Source: Lophium mytilinum
Taxonomy: Eukaryota
Length of the DNA: 64,000 nt
Direction of reading: 5' to 3'
Assembly (NCBI GenBank): GCA_010093605.1
Contig: MU004184.1
Location: forward strand, 506,801 to 570,800
Positions 37,475 to 49,848 of this stretch are shown here, in pieces (the first letter of the stretch is position 1; every line of letters begins with the position of its first letter). The notes under the pieces are model-generated. The model worked only from the letters and a program-made list of their open reading frames with translations. It ran no database searches and was not told the origin of the DNA. Both the position numbers and the translations under genes were made by a program.

Positions 37475-40400
37475 CGTCTTGCACACGTGATGCCGCTGTG
37501 AGGAGGGCCCTGGGTGGTAGATGGGTGGGTGGGTAACAGGTAGGCCGATTTTTGTGGTGTTAAGGTTGATATTGACGTGGGGTGCTAATTCTAGGTGGAG
37601 TTCCTAGTGAATGGGTATTGCGCTGCGATAACTTCATCTTTGCGTGTCTAATAGCACTGTGAGGAGGGCCTTGGGTAGTAGGTGCTTGTGCTGTTAAAAC
37701 GTATGCTAACTTCCGTGGTGTTGACTTTGACATCACGTTTTCAGGGCCGCAATTCAGCGGATGGATATCACAGTACTAGGGCTTTCCTTTTGCACTCTTG
37801 ATGCCAACGTGAGGAGGGCTTTGCCTAGCAGACAGGTAGTCGGCCAAAAGGTATCTTAATTGCCGCGGTATTGACTTTAACATCCCGCTTTTAGGGCTGC
37901 ATTTTGGTTGAATGGATATAACAACGCTAGGGCTTCCTTTCTGCTTGGTAGATGCCACTGTCAGGAGCGCCTTACCTAATAGATGCTTGTGTAGGCAAAA
38001 GGTAGGCTAGCTTCCGTGGTGTTGATTCAAATATTAGTCTAATAGAATATCTTAGAGGCTGGGTTTAGATGAATAGATATAGGGCTACCTAAGCTTCCAT
38101 TCTGCACGCCAGGTAACACTATTAGGAGGACCCTGCGTAGCAACTAGCTAGTCGGGCAAACGGTAGGCTAATTTACAATATACTAGCGTTGAAATCGACG
38201 TAATATATATTTTTCAAGTGCTGGATCTAGGTTATTAGATATGGCAATACCTAGACTTCTATTTTGCGCTCTAAACGCCGCCGTAAGGAGTACCCTGCAT
38301 AGTACCTAGCTAACCGGCTAAAAGGCAGCATAATATACACGGTACGAAACTTTTAACTCTACTTCCTAGTATGTAAAATAGTGCTGGAGATCCTAAAGAC
38401 CTCTCCTCATGCTGCAATAAATTTTCTACAGCGGTAAGATTTTGAAGCTGCGTTATAGAGTGCGGCGTAGCCTGAATAAGTAACTTTGTCAAGTGAATTG
38501 CTAGTAAACTAGCATCCTAAAAGGTCTCCCGGGTTAATCTAAAATCCTGCGCAGTGATGTAAAAGACGTAACGCGGCGAACGAAACTGGTATTATTCCTC
38601 TCTTGAAACACTACAAAGACTAGGATTTTGGATCAGAGACATAGCTACAACGCCGCGAAGGCTATAATCTTGCTTGCGTGATGTCGCTGTTAGGAGGGCG
38701 CTATGGAGCAAGTCGCTGGATAGTGCAAAGGAAGTCTGATTTTAATCGTGGGAATTTTACATCGGATCTAAGGGCTAAAGAGCCCGTAAAATGCAGTTTG
38801 CATAGCTTAGACTTCTCTCTTGTTCGTGCAATAGCACTGTACGAAGGGTCTTGCGAAGTAAGCCGCAAGTTGGTGAAAAGGTCGCCTAATACACGCTGTA
38901 TTGACATGGACATTGAGCTAGGGGCTAGAAAGCCCGTAAGTTCGCGATTACGCTGCTTAGACTTTCATCTGGCTCGTCCGATGACGTTGTTAGGAGGGCC
39001 CTAGCTAGTAAGTGGGCTGTCAGCTAAAGTATAGTCCAATTCCTAAGGCGTTGATGTTAGCATCGTAACCGGGGGTCTAGACCGCTGATCAGGTCGAGAT
39101 TACACTGCCTGGAATTCTTTCTTGCGTGCTTGTTACTACTGTGAGGAGAGCCTTGGCTAGGAGGTATGATGTTAGCCAAAAGTCAATTTGAACTTCGCTG
39201 TGTTGACTTTGACATCGTCTCCGGGGGTTTGGAAATCCTGCGAGTGTGAAATTGTACTATGTGGATCGCTTTCTTGCGTGCGTGATACTACCGTAGGGAG
39301 GGCTCCAGCTAACAGGTCGTTATTTAAGCAAAAGGTAGTCTAACCTTCACCGTATTGACCTCCACATCGTCCCCGGGGTGTGAAAATTACGTATATTCAA
39401 GATTACACGACTGCGGCATTTCTCTTGCGTTTTGCATAGCACTGTAAAGGGTCCCCTAGCTAGCAGGTGGTACCGATTTTCCTGATTGATAGTGACGTTT
39501 GAGAATGTCGTCTTTTCAATCTGCGTTCGTTTCAAGCGTGCAGCCCCCTCCCCTGAGCCAGAATTGGGTCCTCAGGCGAAGAGGCCTCGGATCATCCAGG
39601 AAGCCTTCCATCCCTCCTCCTTCAGGTGGGTAAACGGGAATCTAAACTCCGCTGCGTTGACCTTAACATCGTGTCTAGAATCTTGACAAATCGGCGGTGG
39701 TAAGTGAATACACTTAGGCTTCTTTTTTGCTCGTTCAACGACGCCGTAAAGAGTACCCTGGATAGCAAACAGCATGCTAGTCAATGTACATTCTGATTCC
39801 GGTTGCATTGGCTTTGGCATCGAGGTCCCGGGTTGAAAAGCATAAGGGCCACAGCACCTCGATGTACCGTTCCGTTTTTGATCACCCGACGCCACTGTAA
39901 CGGGTTCCTTGACTATTAGGTGGTCGTCTAGGTAAGAGGTAGTCTGATATGCGCTGTGTTGACCTTAGCATCATGTCTCAAGTCTTAGGAACTAGGCAGT
40001 GACGAATGGTTATACTTAGGCTCCTTATTTGCGCGTTTGATTACACCGTCTGAAGGATCTTGGCTAGCAGATAGCGAGCAAGTTAAATGGCACTCTGATT
40101 TCCGCCGCATTGAATTTAACATCGAGATTGGAGGTTGAATGTCCGAGGAGCCCTAGTACATGGATATACCGTTCCATTTTTGATCGGTCAACACCACCGT
40201 GAGGCGGACCATACCTAGCATGTGGCTTCTCGATCGAAAGGCGAGTTGATATCCGCTGCGCCAACATTGACAATGTGTTTGAGTTGTTAAAAATCCCGTG
40301 GAGTAACCCAAGCAGTGTCATGTTTTAGGCATACAATTATAGCAAGATGCTGCACGCGTATAGCACCACTCCAGCTTCAATTTTGCTCGCTCGACAGCGC

Positions 40401-41525
40401 TGTCAGGAGTGGTCCAATTAGCAAGCGGCTCCTCGGTCAAAGGTTAGCTTGATCTCCGCTGTACCAACTTTGACATCGTGGTAGAGTTGTTGAGAATCCC
40501 GTGGAGATACTCTACGCAGTGATAGGCATGGGTACGGACATTTGTAGCAAGACACAGTACGAATACACCACGACTTGGCTCCTTCCTTGCACATTCGTCA
40601 CTACAGTAAGGAGTGCCCTGACTAGCAGGTGTTAGTTTAGATTAAAGGCAGTATAATCGTCGCTGTCTTAACTTTAACATCGTATTCGAGATTTGAAAAG
40701 CTTGTGGAGGTACTCCGAGCAGTAACATGCCTATATACCGAGATGTGCGCAAGACACTTCACGTGAATAGTACGACTCGGGCTCCGTCTTTACTCGCTCG
40801 ACACGACCGTAAGGAGTATCCTGGCAAGTCTGTACCGGGCTGATCAAGAACTAGTGTAAGAAGTAGCCTAGCTAGCACAAAGCCCATCGGTCAAAAGATA
40901 GCCTGACTTCCACTGTGTAAGCGTTAAGATCGTGTTTAGACGTCTTCGAGGCTAAAGGGGTACTAAATTGCCCGTGTATACCACCGCAAGGAGTTCCTTA
41001 GCTAGCACGTAGCTAGTCCGTTAAAAGAACGCTCATTTCTTAGTGGGTCAGCATTGATGTTGATTTCTCCGCTCCCGCGCACTTGACACCGCTGTAAGGA
41101 AGGCATCAGCTAGCAAGTATCCTATCGGTCAAAAGGAAACTTAGTTCCCGCTACACTGACCTCGACATCGTAGTCTTTCCTTTTGCTCGCTCAGTGCCAC
41201 TATGAGGAGTAGTCTAGCTAGCTTGTTGCCAGCCATCCAGGAGCTAGAGTAATTCCCGCTGCAGTGACCTTTAGATCGTCTTCTTTGCTTTTGCACGCTT
41301 AATAGCGCCATGTGAGGTGTCCCGCGAAGCAGGTAGATGGCCGGCCAAAAGGCTGTCTAACTCCTACTGCATTAGTAATGACCTTGAATCCTCCGCTCCC
41401 ACACACGTTACACCACTGTCAGGAAGGCCTCAACCAGGAAGTATCCCATCGGTCCAAAAGGTATCTTGATTCCTACTGTAATGACCATGATATCCTACTC
41501 GGGGTATCGAAAAGCCCTAGCACGC
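37475..41525. repeat. Degenerate non-coding tandem array, about 25 units
   Basis: Recurrent core of roughly cttgcg...cactgt(g/a)aggagggcc(c/t)t.gctagcaggt...ggtcaaaaggtag.ct.a.ttccgctgtgttgac(t/c)tt(g/a)acatcgt. Anchors near 37496, 37657, 37807, 37957, 38118, 38280, 38687, 38836, 38986, 39138, 39290, 39440, 39743, 39893, 40045, 40196, 40399, 40602, 40807, 40982, 41091, 41198, 41309, 41414. Confidence 0.9.
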
Positions 41526-41537
41526 CTCGCCTCTACC

Positions 41538-43666
41538 TCAACTCATCAGCAGCCGGCACACGCTGCCCACATTCAACCCCCTCAAATCAGCATAATGCTG
41601 CCCAACCCCCAAGAACACCACCGGAATACCAGTAGCATGCACCATACTCACCAGCGTGCCCACCATATCCCCAACGGTATCGCACTTGCTAATCACAAAC
41701 CCATCCAAGCCCCTGCCCGCGCCGAACGAGTTATTGAAATTCCGTGCTTGCGCTACCGCATCCGACCCTACGAGCGCCTCGCCAACCATGAGAATCTTAT
41801 CTGGCTTCGCTAGCTTCGCGAACTTCTCCAGGGAAGACATGAGGCGCGCATCGTTGTGACGCCGGCCGGCGGTGTCGATAAGCACGACGTCGTACTTGTT
41901 TTCTTTCGCGAATGTGACGGCGTCTGCGGCGATATTTGCGGCGTCTTTGCCGTAGCCCTTCTCGAAGATGTCAACTTCGCCGCCCTCACGCTTTGAAAGC
42001 TCTTTGAGATTCCGAACGTGGACGCGGAGTTGTTCGACGGCGCCGGAGCGGAAGGTGTCGGCGGCGGCGATGAGTACGCGGTGGTGGTTTTGGAGGAGGA
42101 AGAAGGCGATCTTGGAGAGGTTGGTGGATTTGCCCACGCCATTGACGCCGACGATGGATAAGACATAGGGGCGGTTGGTGGATGTAACGGTGGAGATTTC
42201 GCGGAGGAGGTCGAGGGAGGAGGTTGGGGTGAGGATTTTGGTTAGGGCGCGCTCCATGGCGGTGCGGAGGGTGGACTCGATTGCTGGAAGGGAATTTGGT
42301 CAGTTTAAGGATCTTAGAGAAGGGGAAAAAGAGATGGAAAAGAACATACTTGTGAAGCTGTTCGTCTTGAGACCGATCAAGTCCCGCTCGACACTATCAC
42401 ACAGCCGCACTGCTGCTTCCCGCGCGACGTTCTTCTTGAGTAGATGGTCCTCCATACCTTTCAATGGCTTCTCCAGGTCCTCTTTCGTGAGTGTCTTTCC
42501 ACCCACAACATTCCTAAAGAGCCCTCCGATAGCACCAAGACTCGATCCTACGATCCCGCCTGCTGCGGTGGAACTCTCCTTCTTCGCGTTCGCAGACGCT
42601 ATTATCTCATCCATCTCCTCGTCCAAATCCTTCAGCACGAACTGCCCCTTGCCGGTTGTCCGACCCCAAGATTCAGGATTAATGGCGTCTGGCAATTCGA
42701 AATCGGCGGGGTCGTTTGCTGAGACAGTCGAGTAATCCAGATTTATAGATTTATCCTCTTCGTCTGCGCCAAATTCGTTCCACACACGGTTCTTCTTCTG
42801 TTTCCCAGCAGCTTTGCCTTTGCGCGCTGATGTCTCGTCCCCGGAGGACGCGGGCGCCGAGTTCTCGGCAGCCTTCACTTTGCGATCGCGCCGCGAGGGC
42901 TTGCTTCCCGGGCGTGTCTTTCCGGTGAGAATACGTGAAGCAGGAGTAGAGGGGCGGGAGGTATCAGGTGTAGGGACGGGAGTGGCATCGGTCGAAGTAT
43001 CGGGATTGTATATGGGCTTCTGAGGAGCTGTAGCTTTTATTAACATTTGTCACCATACTTCACGGGGAAAAACTATACCTTTCCGCAATCCAGGCATCGG
43101 CGGTGGTTCATCAGCTCCGTGATCTGTCCCCGAACTCGACGGAGGCGTAAACTCAGTATTGGATGTGACTTCGAAGGCAGAGCTTGTGGATGTATCGTTC
43201 GAGGCTTCCACTCTCTGCATTTCTCGATCGAAGTATGGGTCGAATGGAAACTTGGCATTGCTTGTCTCCCCCTTCAGCTGCTCCCCATATAGCCCTGTGA
43301 ATAGTGCCGACACATTATCTATGAGCTTGTCTATCCAAGTCAAGTGGACCAGTGATTGGTATACAGCCTGCCTTCAAGTTAGCAATTATTCACAACCAAG
43401 AACGACAGTCCTGAGGCATCGTATCTCTGTCCCTCACTCACCACGAATATAAGCCCAAAGTCCTTTGCCAAATTCCATTTCATAATATACCCATCCTTGC
43501 GGTACGTTGGCTTCGTGGTACCGTCGCCGTACGCGACTTTGTTGGTGCGCTCTTCGATGAGCACCTCGCGGATGAGGCTGTTGATGACATAGCTGTGGAC
43601 AGGGACGTAGGTCCGTGACCAGAGCACGACGCCCGAGGTCGACAGGATCTCGAAGGTGTCGAGCAT
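41538..43666 (-). CDS. SRP101: Signal recognition particle receptor subunit alpha (3 introns)
   Basis: Longin N-terminus MLDTFEILSTSGVVLWSR..INSLIREVLIEER..GLIFV|AVYQSLVHLTWIDKL; SRP GTPase motifs GVNGVGKSTNLSK, DTFRSGAVEQL, DTAGR, SKCDT, GVGQHYADL. Confidence 0.95.
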
Positions 43667-44787
43667 GGTGGTTGTTGGGGTTGTGGTGGGCTGGTCGGAC
43701 TGCGGCCGGCCGCACAATGACGAAGGAGCATTGGGTCGGGATTGGGTGCGGTGATCGGCAGGGTTGTTGCCAGATTGCTGCTACAGCGACGGTAAGAACG
43801 ACAACGACGTAGAATCAATGTCGAGGACGAGGTTCTTCACGGTGAAAGTAGAGCAGGGGTTTGTTCACTGATATGAGATATTATTCGATTTATTGTCGAT
43901 GGCTTGGGTGATAGAGTTCTCCGAATGACTGTTCTGGCACGCACGATTTCACAACTATGCACCGAAAAAGTTGCGTCTTGAGTGCTACTTTCTTATACTG
44001 ATGCCCTTTTAAGAATCCGGTGAGTTTAAGTAATATCAGTCTTACCATAGTGCAGCGTTGAGGATGGTTTCTCATCGTCCTTTAGAGCTTTATCGAGAGG
44101 AGCCTATTTCTAGTCGCCGCTTTGGGTGCAGCACTCTCTCTTCCTGTCCCGTTGCTCAATTCTAGTCTTTTCAGGAGCTTTTTGTATCCCGAGCGAATCT
44201 TTATGCAAAGCTCTTTGTTATGTGCTGCTGAACTGATGAGGAGGATTCTGAATTTACGCATTCCTCATTCTCAGTTTCCACCCTCAGTCCGTCTCCTCGA
44301 GGGGGCCAACATTCTCCGACGATATATTATAGAGAGAGGTTCGCGGCTCTCTATGACGAGAGTCTCCATAAAGATTACTCAGTGAGAAACAGCGGAGAGC
44401 CTTAAACCAAATCACTCCACTAAGAATCTCTAGTCAGCGTAGATACGTCGCTACTTTACCCCGTTTTGGTACCAGCTTTGGATATTAAATGATGGGGTCA
44501 GATTCCCCCCTGTCGAAGGAGCTCAACAAATTTACTCCACTCAGAAGCTCTGCTCGGGCCCACACTGCTGATTGCGGCGTTTTTGGCATGTTGATTTGCC
44601 CTGTACGCACGATTCGGCCCTGCATTAGCGTTTGGGCTTGCGCGGGTGCAAGAACACTCTTAATACAACATGGAGAGGACGCACTACTATTGCCCTTCTA
44701 TAACGCATCTAAGCATCAAGGCAAAGAGGTTATCCCTAACGATCAACTTTTCCCGCCATTTTTCAGTCTATCTCAAGCCTTGAAGTC

Positions 44788-46386
44788 ATGGCCGACATGA
44801 AGCAGAGTCCTTTTCGGGTGATCGTTGTAGGTGGGAGCATATCAGGTCTCACCATGTCACACTGTCTACAGCAAGCTGGCATCGATCACGTTGTCCTGGA
44901 GAGACGGAGCACCATCATTCAATCAAACGGCGCCTCTATCAATCTCTGGCCACAAGGTTTGCGCTTGATGGAACAGCTCGGGTGTCTAGAAGCTATCGAG
45001 GAGACGTGTGCGCCGATGCATGCCAACTACTTTCGACGACCTGATGGCACCCCGACTATCGTCAGCCCTCTATTTAAACAGATAATCGAAAGGTGTGCTT
45101 ATCTCTCGAGCGAAATGACTGCTGCCTATCGACTGCGCTTACGATTCGTACAGACATGGGTATGGATTCCTTGTGGTTGACCGTGAGAAGCTTTTGCGAA
45201 TTATCTACGAACACTTACCGTCGAAATCGTACATCAAAGGAGGCTGTAGCGTTGTCCGTATCGAAGAGCACGAAAACGGAGTCAAAGTACATCTAGAAGA
45301 CGGAAGTGTTGAGACTGGCGACATCGTCATCGGAGCGGATGGAGTCAACAGTGTTGTGCGGAAAGCTATGTGGACAATTGCAAACGACCGATGTCCTGGA
45401 ACATTCTCTCAAAAGGAACAACAAAGTAATGCCCATCCTGCTCAGCCTTCAGACCCTTACTGATCTGTCACAAAAGCACTGAACACAGCATACAAATGTC
45501 TCTTCGGAACATCCACACCGCCTGCTGGGTCAGTCCCCGGCGAGATGATTCTAACGCACAACCACGGCTTCTCCTTTCTGACATTGACCCAACCGACGCG
45601 TGTATACTTCTTCGTGTTTATCAAGCTCCCTAAGGCTATGAGATGGCCAGATCGAGCAAAGTACACTTCTCAAGATGCAGAGCTAGAATCAGTCAAATAC
45701 ATGAATTGTCGTATCAACGAGATTTTCACCTTTGGTGACCTTTGGGAGAACAAGCTCTGGTTTTACCTTTCTCCTCTAGAAGAGGGCGTCTTCGAACAAT
45801 GGCATTGGGGAAGAATAGCGCTGGCTGGAGATGCTGCCCACAAGGTTAGCAAAAACTGTGGTTTTTGCTGAACGGAGCTAATCAGTGAGCTCAGGTGACC
45901 CCTAATCTAGCATTCGGCGCCAACAGCGCCATGGAAAGCGTCGCAGCGCTCTCGAATGGCTTGAACCGAGCGCTTGAGAACCAACTAGACTCGAAACTCA
46001 GCCGAAAGCAGATTAGCATGGTGTTTCAAGACTATCAGCGAAAGAGAATAGGCCGCGTGACCAAGGCCTATAACTTCACAGGCGGATTCACGCGGATTTC
46101 AGCTTGGGATGGACCACTGAACAGGTTCATAGCCTCGTGGATCCTGCCCGTTACTGCGCATGATGTAATAGCAGACAAGTTTACTCGCTTGATTAGGGGC
46201 GGGGTGAAGTTGACTTACGTGCCGTACAAGGAGACTAGGTCTGGTTCCGTGCGTTGGGACGATGAATCAGAAGAGTATCCTAGTGCCGCAGTTAAGCTGA
46301 CATCCGTGTCTGTAGTCAGCATTCTTGTATCATGTTTAGGTATCGGCGCATTAGTCCGGTGGCTATTCTGGAATCTCATGACCTGA
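44788..46386 (+). CDS. FAD-dependent monooxygenase (FAD_binding_3 family; secondary-metabolism type), 3 introns, C-terminal hydrophobic helix
   Basis: VIVVGGSISGL (Rossmann), IGADGVNS (DG motif), LAGDAAHK|VTPNLAFGANSAMES (GD motif). Confidence 0.9.
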
Positions 46387-47406
46387 TTCAGAACACGATG
46401 TTCTCTCGTGGTGAGGCTCAGGCGAGCAAGAAGCCGGCCAAGGAGATCCGACCTATCTCTAGGAAATTGATGCACCGCTGGGTCCTCGTGAACTGCAACG
46501 ACAACAATTTCTCCGTCTCTTCCGCTCGACGCGACTCTCCGCGCCCTACTAGTATGTGCCTAACACGCTTGATAGCCATATCTTCTCGTTACCCCCCTTT
46601 CAGTTCCTTCCTTGGTCAGGTTCTGAACTTGACGGCATAGGTTTCCCACCTGCTACGTATCATCTCGTCTTTGCCGGCGAATGCTGGGTGTTGAACGCTG
46701 TTGGTACCTCCGAGAGCATGAAGAAAGACTTCTAGGTACTCTACAAGCCGGTTCCACATCTAGCATTTGCAACGTCTCCTAGGGGTACAAAGAGTCGAGA
46801 TTGGTTCGCGAATGCGGCTTGATATAGAAGGCGGTTATCTGGTAGCTAGCTGATGAGTTCGATGATATAATTATAGAGATCATTGGTTGCTTGCTTATCA
46901 CATGTACCATCCATTGCAACAAGACATACTAATCGCGTGGATGATTCGTGACTGTAATAGTACTGAGCTGACGAATATGATAGTTTCGTCCACGCAGTTG
47001 AAGCTGTATTCTCACCTGCGATGCTACCTATTGCCTTCTTCATGAATGCTTCCATGGCCTTTGGGAAAGAGCAGTTTGCGAGACTGGTTCAGTATGCTTG
47101 GAGTACACGGAACTGAAGTTAGCGGTCATGGTAGTCGCCACGCTGTAGCTGGCGTTTACGGCGGGAACGACAATAATGAACTCGTAGAAAGTGAGGTCTA
47201 TTTCAACTCAGCTAGGGATTCTAGAACAAGAACAAGACGAGACCAGAGAATGGACGTGGGGTAGCGACGAGGGAGCGTTAAAAGGTCGCCGCTAGTCGCC
47301 ACGACTTTCGTTAACTTCCAAGGATCAAACGCGACCAAGCTCTACATCACCGCCCTAAACCCAAACACTACTCGGGGCTTTACAACCCCCCTACGTAGTA
47401 ATCGTC

Positions 47407-49101
47407 ATGGCAAAGAGACGAGCCGCCGATTCACTTGAAGACTTCACCGCCGCAGATTCCCCCGCATCGAAACGAGCTCGTGTCGAGGATGAAGTCAACG
47501 ACCGGAAGCCTACCAACGGCGCAGCCAGCAACGGTGACATGATGCCCCTACGCCCGCGGGATCGAGACAAGATAGACATACTAGGCGCGGCAGATGTAGA
47601 GCATGCAGAGCTAGAGGAAGCTGGCGCGACACCTGCTGCTGCAATGGATGGTGATGAGGAGGACTCCGCGCTCACAGCTCCTATGCGACAGGAGGCGCCA
47701 GAGGAAGGATACACAGATCTATATCTGGACACCATAGATCGCGGAGTGCTAGACTTTGACTTCGAGAAGCTGTGCTCGGTCACACTCTCAAACATCAATG
47801 TTTATGCATGTCTAGTCTGCGGGAAATACTACCAGGGTCGAGGACCGAAGTCACAAGCATATTTCCATGCGCTGGAAATAGGCCACCACATCTACGTCAA
47901 CATGGAGACCAAGAAGATCTACGTTCTTCCCGAAGGATACGAAGTCACATCGAAGTCCCTCGATGACATCAAGTTTGTGGTTGATCCTCGACTCTCCCCT
48001 GACGAAGTGTCTATCCTGGACAAGGAGCAGAAGCAGGCATGGGATCTCCTGGGCCGTAAATACACACCTGGCTTCGTTGGCATGAACAACATCAAGGCAA
48101 ATGACTACTTCAATGTCGTCGTCCACGCCCTGGCGCACGTTGTTCCGCTTCGCAACTACCTCATGCTTGAAGATCTCTCCAAGCGGCCGCAGCTCGCACA
48201 GCGCTTCGGCATTCTTGTCCGTAAGATTTGGAATCCACGAGCCTTCAAATCCCACGTCTCGCCGCATGAGCTCCTCCAAGAGATTGCCCTTCGATCCTCC
48301 AAACGCTACACCCTCACTGAACAAGCCGACCCTGTCGACTTCCTTTCCTGGTTCCTTAACAACCTCCACTTAGCCCTCGGGGGTTCCAAGACGAAACCAG
48401 GCTCTAGCATCGTTCAAAAGGTCTTCCAAGGCAGTCTCAAGATCGAATCGCAGAAAATCACCGCCCGCGCCGACGCTGGCGACCGACTTCGTTTCGAAGA
48501 CGCCACCGTCCAGACCGAGATCTCGCGCTTCCTCGTCCTCACCCTCGACCTTCCTGCGGCGCCCCTCTTTCAGGACGCGTTAGACAAGAACATCATTCCT
48601 CAGGTGCCTCTAACGAGTATTTTGAGTAAGTACGACGGTATCCGGGCCCAGGAGCGCAAAGATGCCCGTGTGCGTTACCGACTCTTGCACCCTCTCCCAC
48701 CATATCTGCTCTTCCACATCAAACGCTTCAGCCGGAACAAGTTTGTGTCAGAACGCAATCCCACCATCGTCACATTCCCCGTTCGGTCGCTCGATATGTC
48801 GCCATACATTGAGCCTAACCCGAAATTGTACCCGCCCGGCGAGCCTGTCTGGTACGATCTCGTCGCCAACATCACCCACGAGGCCGTGCGTGTGAGAGAT
48901 GATAGCGTAGAAGGAGAACAAGAGAGCAAAGTGTGGCGAGTGCAGCTGAGAGATCGTAGCAGGGAAGAATGGTCGGAGGTGCAAGATCTGTTTGTCGAGA
49001 GAGAGCGAGCTGAGACTCTATTCACCAAGGAGAGCTATCTGCAGGTCTGGGAGAAGAGGAAGAAAGCCAAGGTGAACGGGAAGGGGAAGGAGAGGGTTTG
49101 A
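47407..49101 (+). CDS. SAD1: U4/U6.U5 tri-snRNP-associated pseudo-deubiquitinase Sad1/USP39
   Basis: YLDTIDRGVLDFDFEKLCSVTLSNINVYACLVCGKYYQGRG (ZnF-UBP), GFVGMNNIKANDY, WNPRAFKSHVSPHELLQ. Confidence 0.95.
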   Translation: MAKRRAADSLEDFTAADSPASKRARVEDEVNDRKPTNGAASNGDMMPLRPRDRDKIDILGAADVEHAELEEAGATPAAAMDGDEEDSALTAPMRQEAPEEGYTDLYLDTIDRGVLDFDFEKLCSVTLSNINVYACLVCGKYYQGRGPKSQAYFHALEIGHHIYVNMETKKIYVLPEGYEVTSKSLDDIKFVVDPRLSPDEVSILDKEQKQAWDLLGRKYTPGFVGMNNIKANDYFNVVVHALAHVVPLRNYLMLEDLSKRPQLAQRFGILVRKIWNPRAFKSHVSPHELLQEIALRSSKRYTLTEQADPVDFLSWFLNNLHLALGGSKTKPGSSIVQKVFQGSLKIESQKITARADAGDRLRFEDATVQTEISRFLVLTLDLPAAPLFQDALDKNIIPQVPLTSILSKYDGIRAQERKDARVRYRLLHPLPPYLLFHIKRFSRNKFVSERNPTIVTFPVRSLDMSPYIEPNPKLYPPGEPVWYDLVANITHEAVRVRDDSVEGEQESKVWRVQLRDRSREEWSEVQDLFVERERAETLFTKESYLQVWEKRKKAKVNGKGKERV

Positions 49102-49848
49102 ATACTAGCCAAAAAGGTGGTTGGTCGGGTCTGATATGAAGGTTCAGCTGTAGTTCCTTCGGAGAATCAATCGGTTTCTCCCTCTTTCGCTTCTCTGTCT
49201 TTATATCGTGATGTTGCCTGCTGTGTGATGCTGGTGTGTTGCTAGCGTTTGAGGGTTTAGCATGGTTTAATATTCGAAACAGGATGTTAAGAGTTGTGGT
49301 GTTTTAAATTGGGTATATAATTTCCGAAGCACGTATGTTAGAGCACAAGATACGTGCAGGTCTATACTGTTACTATATTATAGTATTGCTGGCGTAGTAA
49401 TATTGCTGTTAGAGGTGTCTTAGCAGTGCGGAAAACCCCAGCATAGGATGTCACAAGCTACGGTGTTTAGATTAGGAATGTAACTTCCACGACACGTATA
49501 TTAGACTTTAAGATATGTGTGCTATGCATGTTAGAACATTGTATATCTCCATTGCTATCGTGCTATGTGTTACGCTTGTTTAGCACCGTTTGCGGTCCTC
49601 CAGTATGCTATTGATATTCATGAAATACCAGCTTTAGCAAGCCTGATAGCTCTCCGGGCCACCTTAGACGGTGCTGAACGAGTGTACTACTTTTTTCCTG
49701 TCTAGCGTAGCTGTGAGCGCGGGCGTTGTTGACTTTCCCGAAGCTTAAACAAAGAGCCGAGGCTCCCCCCAAATTTATGGCATATTCGTACAGAACAGCA
49801 CCGCCAAACAACGGTGCATCACTCATCATCACCTCGACTGATATCAAA

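Noticed and set aside
38678..40321. Short track ORFs in the array with recurring peptides (DVKVNAAE.R.PF) suggesting a repeat protein
   Set aside because: The recurrence follows from the DNA repeat. Periods of about 151 and 203 bp break frame and stops occur in the units examined; a very old pseudogene cannot be fully excluded.
37475..41525. CRISPR-like repeat-spacer array
   Set aside because: The repeats are long and highly degenerate, the 'spacers' are homologous between neighbours, there are no cas genes, and the context is eukaryotic.
46400..47060. Broken minus-strand coding-like frames (possible pseudogene)
   Set aside because: Multiple stops and no identifiable family motif; it needs blastx, so it is not called.
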